NCBI RefSeq assembly: GCF_900187275.1
Contig: NZ_LT906458.1
Span: forward strand, 900,001-932,000
Length of the DNA stretch: 32,000 bases
Direction of reading: 5' to 3'
Origin: Pasteurella multocida
GTDB lineage: Bacteria; Pseudomonadota; Gammaproteobacteria; Enterobacterales; Pasteurellaceae
The first letter of the stretch is position 1. Each line of letters opens with the position of its first letter. Positions 8,609 to 19,479 of this stretch are shown here, piece by piece. Made by a program: the position numbers and the translations under genes. Below the pieces are notes generated by a model. That model worked only from the letters and a program-made list of their open reading frames with translations. It did no database searches and had not been told where the DNA came from.

Positions 8609-9823
8609 TTATCCCACGACAGCAGGTAAATAACCTGCTTTAATCGCAAATGGGATCGAGGTAATGATCACACCTAATACCGCCGAAATGACCAGTAATG
8701 CTGAACCACCCGATACACGATAAGGGAGATTTGGATGCAATTTTCTCACTTTCCACACTAATGCTGCAGGTAATACTACCGCATAAAAAGCAAACATTTG
8801 TCCTGCATACCCTAAGGCTAGAATAAACCCTTTTGGATAAAATAAAGCAAATAATAATGGTGGAATAAAAGTCAGTAGCCCAAGTGTAATACGACCTGCT
8901 TTAAATTTAAAGACGCGGCTTAACAAGTCTTCAATACACTCAAAAAGCCCTAAAGCAACCCCTAAGAAGGAAGTAATTAAAGCCAAAGCTGAGAATAATT
9001 TCACAGCACCAGAAATGACACTGCTTCCCGTCACTTGTTTGGTAGCGGCTACCAGCCCGTTCAAAGTAGGTTCATCTTGTAAAATCTGTAAGAAAACAGA
9101 TTGTGTTAACACCCCATGCGTACCAAATTGCCATAAAATATAGCCACACAGTGTAATGAATGAACCGACTAAAATCGAAATACGTAATGCCTTAATATTC
9201 CCACCCAGGTATTTATTCAAGCTAGGTATTGAGCCATGAAAACCAAAGGAAGTAAAAAAGACCGGACTGGCAGAAATCAGCAGGGCTTTATCAATTGGCA
9301 TCGCCATTAAATTATCCATTTTTACTTCAGGCACTAACAAAAATAATACAGCACCCAATGCAACTAACATGGTAAAAAATAAAAGACGATTTAGTCCATC
9401 AACTGTTTGCGTACCAATGATAATGAAAGCACCAAAAACAGTCGTGAAAATGACAATAGAAATGTGAGAGGTTGTTTCGGCTGATTGAATTGTTGGTAGA
9501 ATAGAAGACAATAAACCACCACCGCCCGTCACATACGCGGCTAACAAGGCATATAAAAAGATCAATAATGCTGCTGTAGAAATAAATCGACCAAAACCAC
9601 CAAAATAGACCGCACTCAGAGAACCAATCCCCGCATCACTTTCTACGGTTTGATACGCTTCAACAAATAACAATGCACTGTATGTCAATAAGAACCAAAG
9701 GACAAGTAACAGAACTACGGTAAAGGTGAAACCAATTCCCGCAGACGTTAAGGGCATCGCTAACATCCCTGCGCCGATCATGGTACCTGAAACAAGCAAA
9801 GTACTTCCCAATGTTTTATTCAT
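8609..9823 (-). CDS. tyrP: aromatic amino acid (tyrosine) permease, HAAAP family
   Basis: 404 aa; MNKTLGSTLLVSGTMIGAGMLAMPLTSAGIGF and ISASPVFFTSFGFHGSIPSLNKYLGGN; adjacent to tyrosine phenol-lyase. Confidence 0.85.
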   Translation of the reverse strand: MNKTLGSTLLVSGTMIGAGMLAMPLTSAGIGFTFTVVLLLVLWFLLTYSALLFVEAYQTVESDAGIGSLSAVYFGGFGRFISTAALLIFLYALLAAYVTGGGGLLSSILPTIQSAETTSHISIVIFTTVFGAFIIIGTQTVDGLNRLLFFTMLVALGAVLFLLVPEVKMDNLMAMPIDKALLISASPVFFTSFGFHGSIPSLNKYLGGNIKALRISILVGSFITLCGYILWQFGTHGVLTQSVFLQILQDEPTLNGLVAATKQVTGSSVISGAVKLFSALALITSFLGVALGLFECIEDLLSRVFKFKAGRITLGLLTFIPPLLFALFYPKGFILALGYAGQMFAFYAVVLPAALVWKVRKLHPNLPYRVSGGSALLVISAVLGVIITSIPFAIKAGYLPAVVG

Positions 9824-9917
9824 AATATATCTCCTTTTTGTCTATCCCATAATAATGAAAACAGCAGACATATTGAATAAGTAGGACATTGCTTTTCAGC
9901 AATGCCCTAATGAGAAA

Positions 9918-11375
<1,458 letters not shown>

Positions 11376-11409
11376 TTACCACTAACAACCCTTACTTCTT
11401 CAAATGGAT

Positions 11410-11424
11410 TGTAAATTATTATTT
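11410..11424. promoter_or_regulatory. palindrome TGTAAATTATTTACA upstream of tpl, candidate operator
   Basis: Perfect 7-bp arms, 1-nt centre; overlaps a plausible minus-strand promoter (TTGAGA ... TACAAT). Confidence 0.4.
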
Positions 11425-11737
11425 ACACTTTTCTCAATATAAAATTGTTCATTTTTTGAACGCGATCTCAAAAATAAAAAAATTTTTTTCATCATCTTGA
11501 AAGCGGTGGACAAACTTGCTATTTTGGTGCGTCTTAATATAGGGTAAATAAAAACAAGAACAATTCTTAACAAAGAAAAAATCATCACATCATCTAACTA
11601 GAGAGCCTAAATATAACAATGAAATAGCTATTTTTTATGCCGTTATTTCAGGTCGTCGTGGAGAAGGGAAAACAGGAAGCATGAAGGAGCAAGGATTAAC
11701 TCCTTTTGATATGTTAGTTGGGAATTTAACGCATAGA

Positions 11738-11756
11738 GGCGGCTAACCCGCCCCTT
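11738..11756 (+). terminator. GC-rich hairpin GGCGG-ctaac-CCGCC followed by a short T-rich tract
   Basis: 5-bp GC stem followed by CCTTTTC at the end of an unannotated region. Confidence 0.5.
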
Positions 11757-11774
11757 TTCTTTCCAGCCTAGTAA

Positions 11775-11906
11775 TTAGGCATGCTTGACTTGTGCACTTA
11801 CTGTTGCTTCTGTATGCAGTGCGGCTTTCTGTTCTGAACGATCAAACACCACTAATGCAGCAAGAAACGCAACAATCACACCGACTTTGATAATATTTAT
11901 CATCAT
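11775..11906 (-). CDS. putative 43-aa small membrane protein
   Basis: MMINIIKVGVIVAFLAALVVFDRSEQKAALHTEATVSAQVKHA*; GAGG-type RBS (AAGAGGTAAATG), single hydrophobic segment. Below the size cut-off of the ORF track. Confidence 0.55.
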   Translation of the reverse strand: MMINIIKVGVIVAFLAALVVFDRSEQKAALHTEATVSAQVKHA

Positions 11907-12024
11907 TTACCTCTTAAATCATCAGTCCGAAAAAAGCGCGAATTATAACCAATGAAAAATAAGATGTCTATATTTTGTGCTGTAGAAAAATAAAAAAGGT
12001 AGTTCAGAAAGTCTGTAAAAAAAT

Positions 12025-12060
12025 ACCGCACTTTTCAGCGCCAATTGGGCAAAGTGCGGT
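12025..12060 (-). terminator. argG terminator built from an inverted pair of USSs
   Basis: ACCGCACTTT ... AAAGTGCGGT with T/A-rich flanks. Confidence 0.85.
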
Positions 12061-12095
12061 CTATTTTTTAAAACTTTCTCAGCACAAAAAAGGCA

Positions 12096-13442
<1,347 letters not shown>

Positions 13443-13465
13443 TTATTTAAAATAATTACGCAAAA

Positions 13466-13487
13466 AAAGTGATTAAATAATCACTTT
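13466..13487 (-). terminator. palindrome AAAGTGATTA-AA-TAATCACTTT between epimerase-like gene and argG
   Basis: Perfect 10-bp arms; followed on the minus strand by an uninterrupted T run. Confidence 0.6.
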
Positions 13488-13488
13488 A

Positions 13489-14361
13489 TTATTTCAAAAA
13501 CCCATCGGAAAGTCCACCGCTCTTTTCCTCATTTGGTAACATCAAATAAGGATCGGGATATTGGTAAACAAAATCAATCTCCTGACAAATCTTATCAGAC
13601 ACAATAATTCTGACAGGATCTTGTTCCGAACAGATGAAGTGCGGTGTGGCTACACCGAGTTTTTCCGCCATCGCAGAATAATATTCTGCTTTAGTTGGAT
13701 GCTTAGGCGCCACCACATGATATAAGCGCTGATGGCTAGGCGTGTCAAGTAATAATTGAATTGCTCTAGCACAATCATCAAAATGCACTAAATTCACCGG
13801 TGAATTACCAGCTTTGACGTCTTTACCTGCCAATGAATAAACGGGATGACGATCATCACCAATCAAACCACCAAAACGAATAATATCGCAATCAATATTT
13901 TTCAATTGGAACAGCCACTCCTCGACTTCCACTAAGGCTTTTGCTATTTCAGATTGAGGCTGAGGTGAGCAAGATTCGTCGAAGTACCCAGAATGTTCCG
14001 GAAAAACAGAAGTGGAACTAATAAAAATGAGATGACTCACACCATGTAGCAACGCTTCGTTGACTAAGTGTTGAATGCCTTGTACATAATGTTGCGGATC
14101 GAAAAAATATTGGCTTGGTGGAATGTTGATTACCAATGAATCCACTGACAACAACAACGTTAAATCATCAGGATCGGCATTAATTTCAGGGGTAAGCTCT
14201 AAAGGGTATGCTTCCAAACGAACCAAGCGCATTTGCTCCGCCCCTTCGTGCGTGCGTTTACTGCCTTTGACTTCCCAACCTAAATTTTTCAAATGACGAG
14301 CTAAAGGTAAGCCAAGCCAACCTAATCCCACAATTGAAACCGATTTCATAATTCTCCTCAT
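13489..14361 (-). CDS. NAD(P)-dependent epimerase/dehydratase family protein (YeeZ-like)
   Basis: SVSIVGLGWLGLPLARHLKNLG Rossmann start, HLIFISSTSVFPEHSG, IIRFGGLIG. The next in-frame Met (MKSVSIVGLGWLG, start 14349) follows an AGGAG RBS and is a likelier start. Confidence 0.8.
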   Translation of the reverse strand: MRRIMKSVSIVGLGWLGLPLARHLKNLGWEVKGSKRTHEGAEQMRLVRLEAYPLELTPEINADPDDLTLLLSVDSLVINIPPSQYFFDPQHYVQGIQHLVNEALLHGVSHLIFISSTSVFPEHSGYFDESCSPQPQSEIAKALVEVEEWLFQLKNIDCDIIRFGGLIGDDRHPVYSLAGKDVKAGNSPVNLVHFDDCARAIQLLLDTPSHQRLYHVVAPKHPTKAEYYSAMAEKLGVATPHFICSEQDPVRIIVSDKICQEIDFVYQYPDPYLMLPNEEKSGGLSDGFLK

Positions 14362-14420
14362 GAATGTTGCTGTTGAAAAAAAGCTTTCTCCCCGCCAAGG
14401 GAAGAAAGCCCATTTTCACT

Positions 14421-15281
14421 TTATTTTGTTAATAAATCCAAAGCCTCTTGGTATTTATTAACGGTTTTTTCAATCACCTCCGCAGGCACTTTCGGTGCGG
14501 GAGGTTGTTTATTCCAACCGCTCGTTTCTAACCAATCACGAATAAATTGTTTATCAAACGACGGTGGATTAATGCCTTCTCGATACGTCTCAACAGACCA
14601 AAAACGGCTTGAATCTGGCGTCAACACTTCATCCATTAAAGTGAGTGTACCATTTTCATCTAAACCAAACTCAAATTTCGTATCACAAATAATAATGCCC
14701 TTGCTTAGTGCATATTCTGCAGCGGCTTGATAAAGCGCGATCGCTTTTTCTTTGACTTGTGCCGCTAGTTCTGCACCAATTAATTGCTCACATTCGGCAT
14801 AACTAATATTCACATCATGATCGCCGACCTCAGCTTTACTGGAAGGCGTAAAAATAGGTTCTGGTAATTTGCTGGCTTCGACTAGCCCTTCTGGTAATGC
14901 TAAACCACAAATTGTGCCTGTTTTTTGATAATCTTTTAAACCACTACCAGTTAAATAACCGCGTACAATAGATTCAATTTTAATTGGGGTCAAACGTTTG
15001 CAGACAACAGCCCGATCTTTTACCTTATCCGCCTCTTCTTTTGGTAACACACCATACACGGTGTCACCAGTAAAATGATTCGGCATAATATGGGCGAGTT
15101 GATTAAACCAAAAATTCGAAATTTGCGTCAAAATTTCCCCTTTACGAGGAATCGGATCGTCCAAAATCACATCAAAGGCTGATAAACGATCAGTCGCCAC
15201 CATGAGCATACGTTTATCATCAATTTCATAAAGATCACGCACTTTACCTGAGTAGATTTTTTTAAGACTAAGCTGTGTCAT
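14421..15281 (-). CDS. purC: phosphoribosylaminoimidazole-succinocarboxamide synthase
   Basis: 286 aa; [56 protein letters not shown]. Confidence 0.95.
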   Translation of the reverse strand: MTQLSLKKIYSGKVRDLYEIDDKRMLMVATDRLSAFDVILDDPIPRKGEILTQISNFWFNQLAHIMPNHFTGDTVYGVLPKEEADKVKDRAVVCKRLTPIKIESIVRGYLTGSGLKDYQKTGTICGLALPEGLVEASKLPEPIFTPSSKAEVGDHDVNISYAECEQLIGAELAAQVKEKAIALYQAAAEYALSKGIIICDTKFEFGLDENGTLTLMDEVLTPDSSRFWSVETYREGINPPSFDKQFIRDWLETSGWNKQPPAPKVPAEVIEKTVNKYQEALDLLTK

Positions 15282-15350
15282 CTGTTTGCACCTTTATATT
15301 TTGTATTATAAAAATCGGTTCATATTGTACCGCACTTTATGTAGAAAGAT

Positions 15351-15366
15351 AAGCAAACGTTTGCAT
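15351..15366. promoter_or_regulatory. PurR operator (AAGCAAACGTTTGCAT) upstream of purC
   Basis: 14/16 match to PurR consensus ACGCAAACGTTTGCGT; upstream of a minus-strand TACAAT hexamer. Confidence 0.8.
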
Positions 15367-15381
15367 TTTTTGTTGACTATG

Positions 15382-16962
15382 TCATTTTTTAGCCGAGTCT
15401 TTTGGTAAAGAATCAAAAATAATATAGTTTTCCCAATCAAAAACTATAGTTGGTTTTTTATCTACATCATTGGAAAAGAAAAGATAAGGTAATTTTAATG
15501 ACTCCTCATCAATTCCCAACCATTCCGAGAAAGCATTAAGAAAAAACATACCACTTCTTCTAGCATCTATCTTAATTTGTTTCAAATCATCACTTGATAT
15601 TTTAACTAAAGGAACTGAAAAACTTTCTTGATACTCATTGCCTACATGAAGAGATAATTTATCTTTCCTTGTATTATAATGCTGTAGCCCGTGATCTGAA
15701 AAATAAATAACCGAATAGCTTCCTAATTTTTCTAATCTAGCAATTAATCTCTCAAGGAATAAATCTGTTTGCTTAAATGTTTCTAAATAACATGTCATAT
15801 CTTGATTAATGAAGTATATCTCAGGTAAAGAGTTCAAACGCATACAAAAACTAGGATGAGATCCCATTAAATGAAAAACAAATAAATTTTTTTTACTATT
15901 GTCTATTTCTAATAGATATTCATCAAAATATTCTAATAACTTAAGATCTCGAGTTTCAGAGTCATCATATCCCCCTTTTTTAGTAAATATATGATGTTTT
16001 GCAAGGAAACCTATTCTAGATGCAACAGTATCATGATTACCTAATACTCCTTGATTAGATATCCAATATGTATCAAATCCTGCACTATTAGCCAAATTAA
16101 TAATATTATTATTTGGTTTAATTTCATAATTATTCTTATCATAAAATGAATGAAGTAAAGATGGTTGAGTATTAGGTGCTGAAGAAATATAATTAGTAAA
16201 AACAATCCCTCTTGTTCTTTTCAAAAATGGCGTTGTTTCAATAGGATATCCGTATAATGACATATAGTCAGCCCTCATACTCTCTCCAATAACTAAAACA
16301 TAATTATCATATTTTGAATTAACAGATTGGATTTTCCAATCCGGCTCAATATTTATACCATACTCTAACATTTCTTTCTGATTAAAATAAGAAAATGTAA
16401 GATAATATATATTACTAACAAGTTGTATAGGGTAAACTCTAATATTTAAGACAGAGAAACCACTCCCTTTTACATATTCCTTCACTGGTTTATAAAAAGT
16501 AACTAATAATAAAAATAACAACAATAGTAAAATATTTTTAAATTCTTTATTCTTATTTCCTAATTTACTATATAAAACCAATCTATATAAAATAAAAAAA
16601 CCAAAAGAAAAATAAACAAATATAGAGATAAATTGATAATAAGAAATCGTAGAAATATACTCTATACTTTCACTTAAATTACTTTCAAAAATCGAAGCAA
16701 TAATACTTAAGTTAATCCCTTTATATAAGTATAAGGGAATCATCATCCCGACAAGTAATGTATAAAAACAAAACAATAATATAAATAATCTTAATGATAA
16801 GTGATATATAAAAATCCAAAAAATAAAACTTCCGAGCAGACTTAAGAAAGTTAAGGAAAGACATAAAATAAAGTGAGAAACAAAAACATACACTCCAAGT
16901 AAGCAAAACAAAAAATATTCTTCTTTGCTTATCCTTGAGAAGATGAAATCCAATTTCATCAT
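15382..16962 (-). CDS. phosphoethanolamine transferase-like (EptA/sulfatase superfamily) membrane enzyme
   Basis: Multiple N-terminal TM segments; VLVIGESMRADYMSLYGYPIETTPFL, SSAPNTQPSL (nucleophile Thr region), LMGSHPSF, IYFSDHG. RBS AGGAG precedes ATG at 16962. Confidence 0.85.
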   Translation of the reverse strand: MMKLDFIFSRISKEEYFLFCLLGVYVFVSHFILCLSLTFLSLLGSFIFWIFIYHLSLRLFILLFCFYTLLVGMMIPLYLYKGINLSIIASIFESNLSESIEYISTISYYQFISIFVYFSFGFFILYRLVLYSKLGNKNKEFKNILLLLLFLLLVTFYKPVKEYVKGSGFSVLNIRVYPIQLVSNIYYLTFSYFNQKEMLEYGINIEPDWKIQSVNSKYDNYVLVIGESMRADYMSLYGYPIETTPFLKRTRGIVFTNYISSAPNTQPSLLHSFYDKNNYEIKPNNNIINLANSAGFDTYWISNQGVLGNHDTVASRIGFLAKHHIFTKKGGYDDSETRDLKLLEYFDEYLLEIDNSKKNLFVFHLMGSHPSFCMRLNSLPEIYFINQDMTCYLETFKQTDLFLERLIARLEKLGSYSVIYFSDHGLQHYNTRKDKLSLHVGNEYQESFSVPLVKISSDDLKQIKIDARRSGMFFLNAFSEWLGIDEESLKLPYLFFSNDVDKKPTIVFDWENYIIFDSLPKDSAKK

Positions 16963-17069
16963 GATAGCTCCTATGCGCATTTCTAAATGTTTTTAGATGA
17001 GTGGTATATCGTTACATTTTATGCGAAAATAATAAACTTTCAACATTAATCGTATAAATAATACTTAAA

Positions 17070-18650
17070 ATGAGTTATCCACAACAAGTAAACAAACGTC
17101 GCACCTTTGCGATTATTTCTCACCCCGATGCGGGTAAAACCACCATCACTGAAAAAGTCTTACTGTACGGACAAGCGATTCAAACCGCGGGATCGGTGAA
17201 AGGAAAAGGGTCTAGTACTCATGCCAAATCCGACTGGATGGAAATGGAAAAACAACGGGGTATTTCGATTACCACATCAGTAATGCAATTCCCTTATAAC
17301 GATTGTCTCGTGAATCTTCTGGATACTCCAGGACACGAAGACTTCTCAGAAGATACCTACCGCACGTTAACCGCTGTTGATAGCTGTTTAATGGTGATCG
17401 ACAGTGCCAAAGGGGTGGAAGAACGCACGATTAAATTAATGGAAGTTACTCGCTTGCGTGATACCCCTATTTTGACTTTTATGAACAAATTGGACCGTGA
17501 TATTCGTGATCCAATGGAATTGTTAGATGAAGTAGAAAACGTATTAAATATCCACTGTGCACCGATCACATGGCCAATTGGGTGTGGCAAATTATTCAAA
17601 GGGGTTTACCACTTATATAAAGACGAAACCTATTTATACCAAACGGGTCAAGGACATACGATCCAAGAAAAACGTGTGATTAAAGGGTTAGATAACCCAG
17701 AACTTGATGCTGCTGTTGGTGATGATTTAGCTCAACAGTTACGTGATGAATTAGAACTTGTACAAGGCGCATCTAACGAATTCGATTTAGACGCATTTTT
17801 ACAAGGTGAATTAACCCCTGTGTTCTTTGGAACAGCATTAGGTAACTTTGGTGTGGATCATTTCTTAGATGGCTTAACCCAATGGGCACCCTCGCCACAA
17901 TCACGTCAAGCAGATAGCCGTGCAGTAGAAAGTAGCGAACAAAAACTCACCGGTTTCGTGTTTAAAATCCAAGCCAATATGGACCCAAAACACCGTGATC
18001 GTGTGGCATTTATGCGCGTTGTATCTGGCAAATATGAAAAAGGCATGAAACTACGCCATGTAAGACTAGGGAAAGATGTGGTCATTTCCGATGCCTTAAC
18101 TTTTATGGCGGGAGATCGTTCTCATGCTGAAGAGGCTTATGCGGGCGATATTATTGGTTTACACAATCACGGTACGATCCAAATTGGTGATACCTTCACG
18201 CAAGGCGAAGAATTAAAATTCACTGGGATCCCAAACTTTGCGCCTGAATTGTTCCGTCGCATTCGTTTAAAAGATCCACTCAAACAAAAACAATTATTAA
18301 AAGGCTTAGTGCAACTTTCAGAAGAAGGTGCGGTGCAAGTTTTCCGACCTCTCATGAATAACGATCTCATCGTAGGTGCGGTGGGTGTACTTCAGTTTGA
18401 TGTGGTGGTTTCACGTTTAAAATCAGAATATAACGTAGAAGCGATTTATGAAAACATCAATGTGGCGACGGCACGCTGGGTTGAATGTAGCGATGCGAAG
18501 AAATTCGACGAATTTAAGCGTAAAAATGAGCAAAACCTAGCGTTAGATGGTGGCGATAATCTGACTTATATTGCGCCAACCATGGTGAACTTAAATCTGG
18601 CACAAGAACGTTATCCTGACGTCAAATTCTTTAAAACCAGAGAACATTAA
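17070..18650 (+). CDS. prfC: peptide chain release factor 3
   Basis: 526 aa; [51 protein letters not shown]. Confidence 0.96.
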   Translation: MSYPQQVNKRRTFAIISHPDAGKTTITEKVLLYGQAIQTAGSVKGKGSSTHAKSDWMEMEKQRGISITTSVMQFPYNDCLVNLLDTPGHEDFSEDTYRTLTAVDSCLMVIDSAKGVEERTIKLMEVTRLRDTPILTFMNKLDRDIRDPMELLDEVENVLNIHCAPITWPIGCGKLFKGVYHLYKDETYLYQTGQGHTIQEKRVIKGLDNPELDAAVGDDLAQQLRDELELVQGASNEFDLDAFLQGELTPVFFGTALGNFGVDHFLDGLTQWAPSPQSRQADSRAVESSEQKLTGFVFKIQANMDPKHRDRVAFMRVVSGKYEKGMKLRHVRLGKDVVISDALTFMAGDRSHAEEAYAGDIIGLHNHGTIQIGDTFTQGEELKFTGIPNFAPELFRRIRLKDPLKQKQLLKGLVQLSEEGAVQVFRPLMNNDLIVGAVGVLQFDVVVSRLKSEYNVEAIYENINVATARWVECSDAKKFDEFKRKNEQNLALDGGDNLTYIAPTMVNLNLAQERYPDVKFFKTREH

Positions 18651-18660
18651 TAAATAAATA

Positions 18661-18691
18661 AAAGTGCGGTCGAATGTTGAGACCGCACTTT
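18661..18691 (+). terminator. prfC terminator built from an inverted pair of USSs
   Basis: AAAGTGCGGTC-gaatgttga-GACCGCACTTT followed by TTT. Confidence 0.9.
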
Positions 18692-18872
18692 TTGCACATA
18701 ATAACCTTTCAAAAATCAGGTATTCATTTATATTACCTATCAAATTTATTATCACGAACAATTTCCTTTCTTTGCTGATTAAGCGTATGATATACCCATA
18801 CACGCCATTCATAAGTTTTATTTGAATGACATCTGAGATTACCTAAAATAACTAACTATTGGAGGAATAACG

Positions 18873-19352
18873 ATGGCAACAGCAATCGGTTTATGTGCAG
18901 CTTCATCAGAAAAACTGGCAAAAGAACTTAATAACTTACTCGCAAACTATCAAGTATTTTATACTAACGTACGCGGCTATCACTGGAATATTAAAGGGGT
19001 CAATTTCTTTGAATTACACGCAAAATTTGAAGAAATTTATGACGATTTAGTGGTGAAAGTTGATGAAATCGCAGAACGTATTTTAACCTTAGGTCACACG
19101 CCAAATAACGCATACAGCCAATACCTCAGCGTTTCAACAATCAAAGAAGATATTGGTGTGAGCACCGCAAAAGAATGCTTAAAAGGCACTTTAGAAGGTT
19201 TCAAAGTGTTATTAAAACAACAACGTGAAATTTTATCGCTTGCAGGCGATGCAGACGACGAAGGTACTGCTTCACAAATGAGCGACTACATCAAAGAACA
19301 AGAAAAATTAATTTGGATGTTTACTGCAGCTTGCGAAAGTTGTAACGCATAA
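18873..19352 (+). CDS. dps: Dps-family DNA starvation/stationary phase protection protein
   Basis: LLANYQVFYTNVRGYHWNIKGVNFFELHAKFEEIYDDLVVKVDEIAERI ferroxidase-centre pattern; 159 aa. Confidence 0.9.
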   Translation: MATAIGLCAASSEKLAKELNNLLANYQVFYTNVRGYHWNIKGVNFFELHAKFEEIYDDLVVKVDEIAERILTLGHTPNNAYSQYLSVSTIKEDIGVSTAKECLKGTLEGFKVLLKQQREILSLAGDADDEGTASQMSDYIKEQEKLIWMFTAACESCNA

Positions 19353-19370
19353 TCCAATTAATGCTTAATA

Positions 19371-19405
19371 AAAAATGCGATGAATGTCATGTTCATCGCA
19401 TTTTT
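19371..19405 (+). terminator. dps terminator
   Basis: AAAAATGCGATGAA-tgtcatg-TTCATCGCATTTTT. Confidence 0.9.
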
Positions 19406-19443
19406 TATGGCCATTTCAGGAGTACTCGCTAAGGAGCAAAATA

Positions 19444-19465
19444 AAGGGCAAATAAATTTGCCCTT
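19444..19465 (-). terminator. valS terminator
   Basis: AAGGGCAAA-taaa-TTTGCCCTT just downstream of the valS stop. Confidence 0.7.
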
Positions 19466-19479
19466 ATTTATGATTAACG

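Noticed and set aside
11400-11588. 62-aa minus-strand ORF with GTG start upstream of tpl
   Set aside because: Covers the AT-rich promoter/palindrome region, no aromatic-sensing (TnaC-like W/Y-D-P) signature and poor RBS. More likely non-coding promoter DNA.
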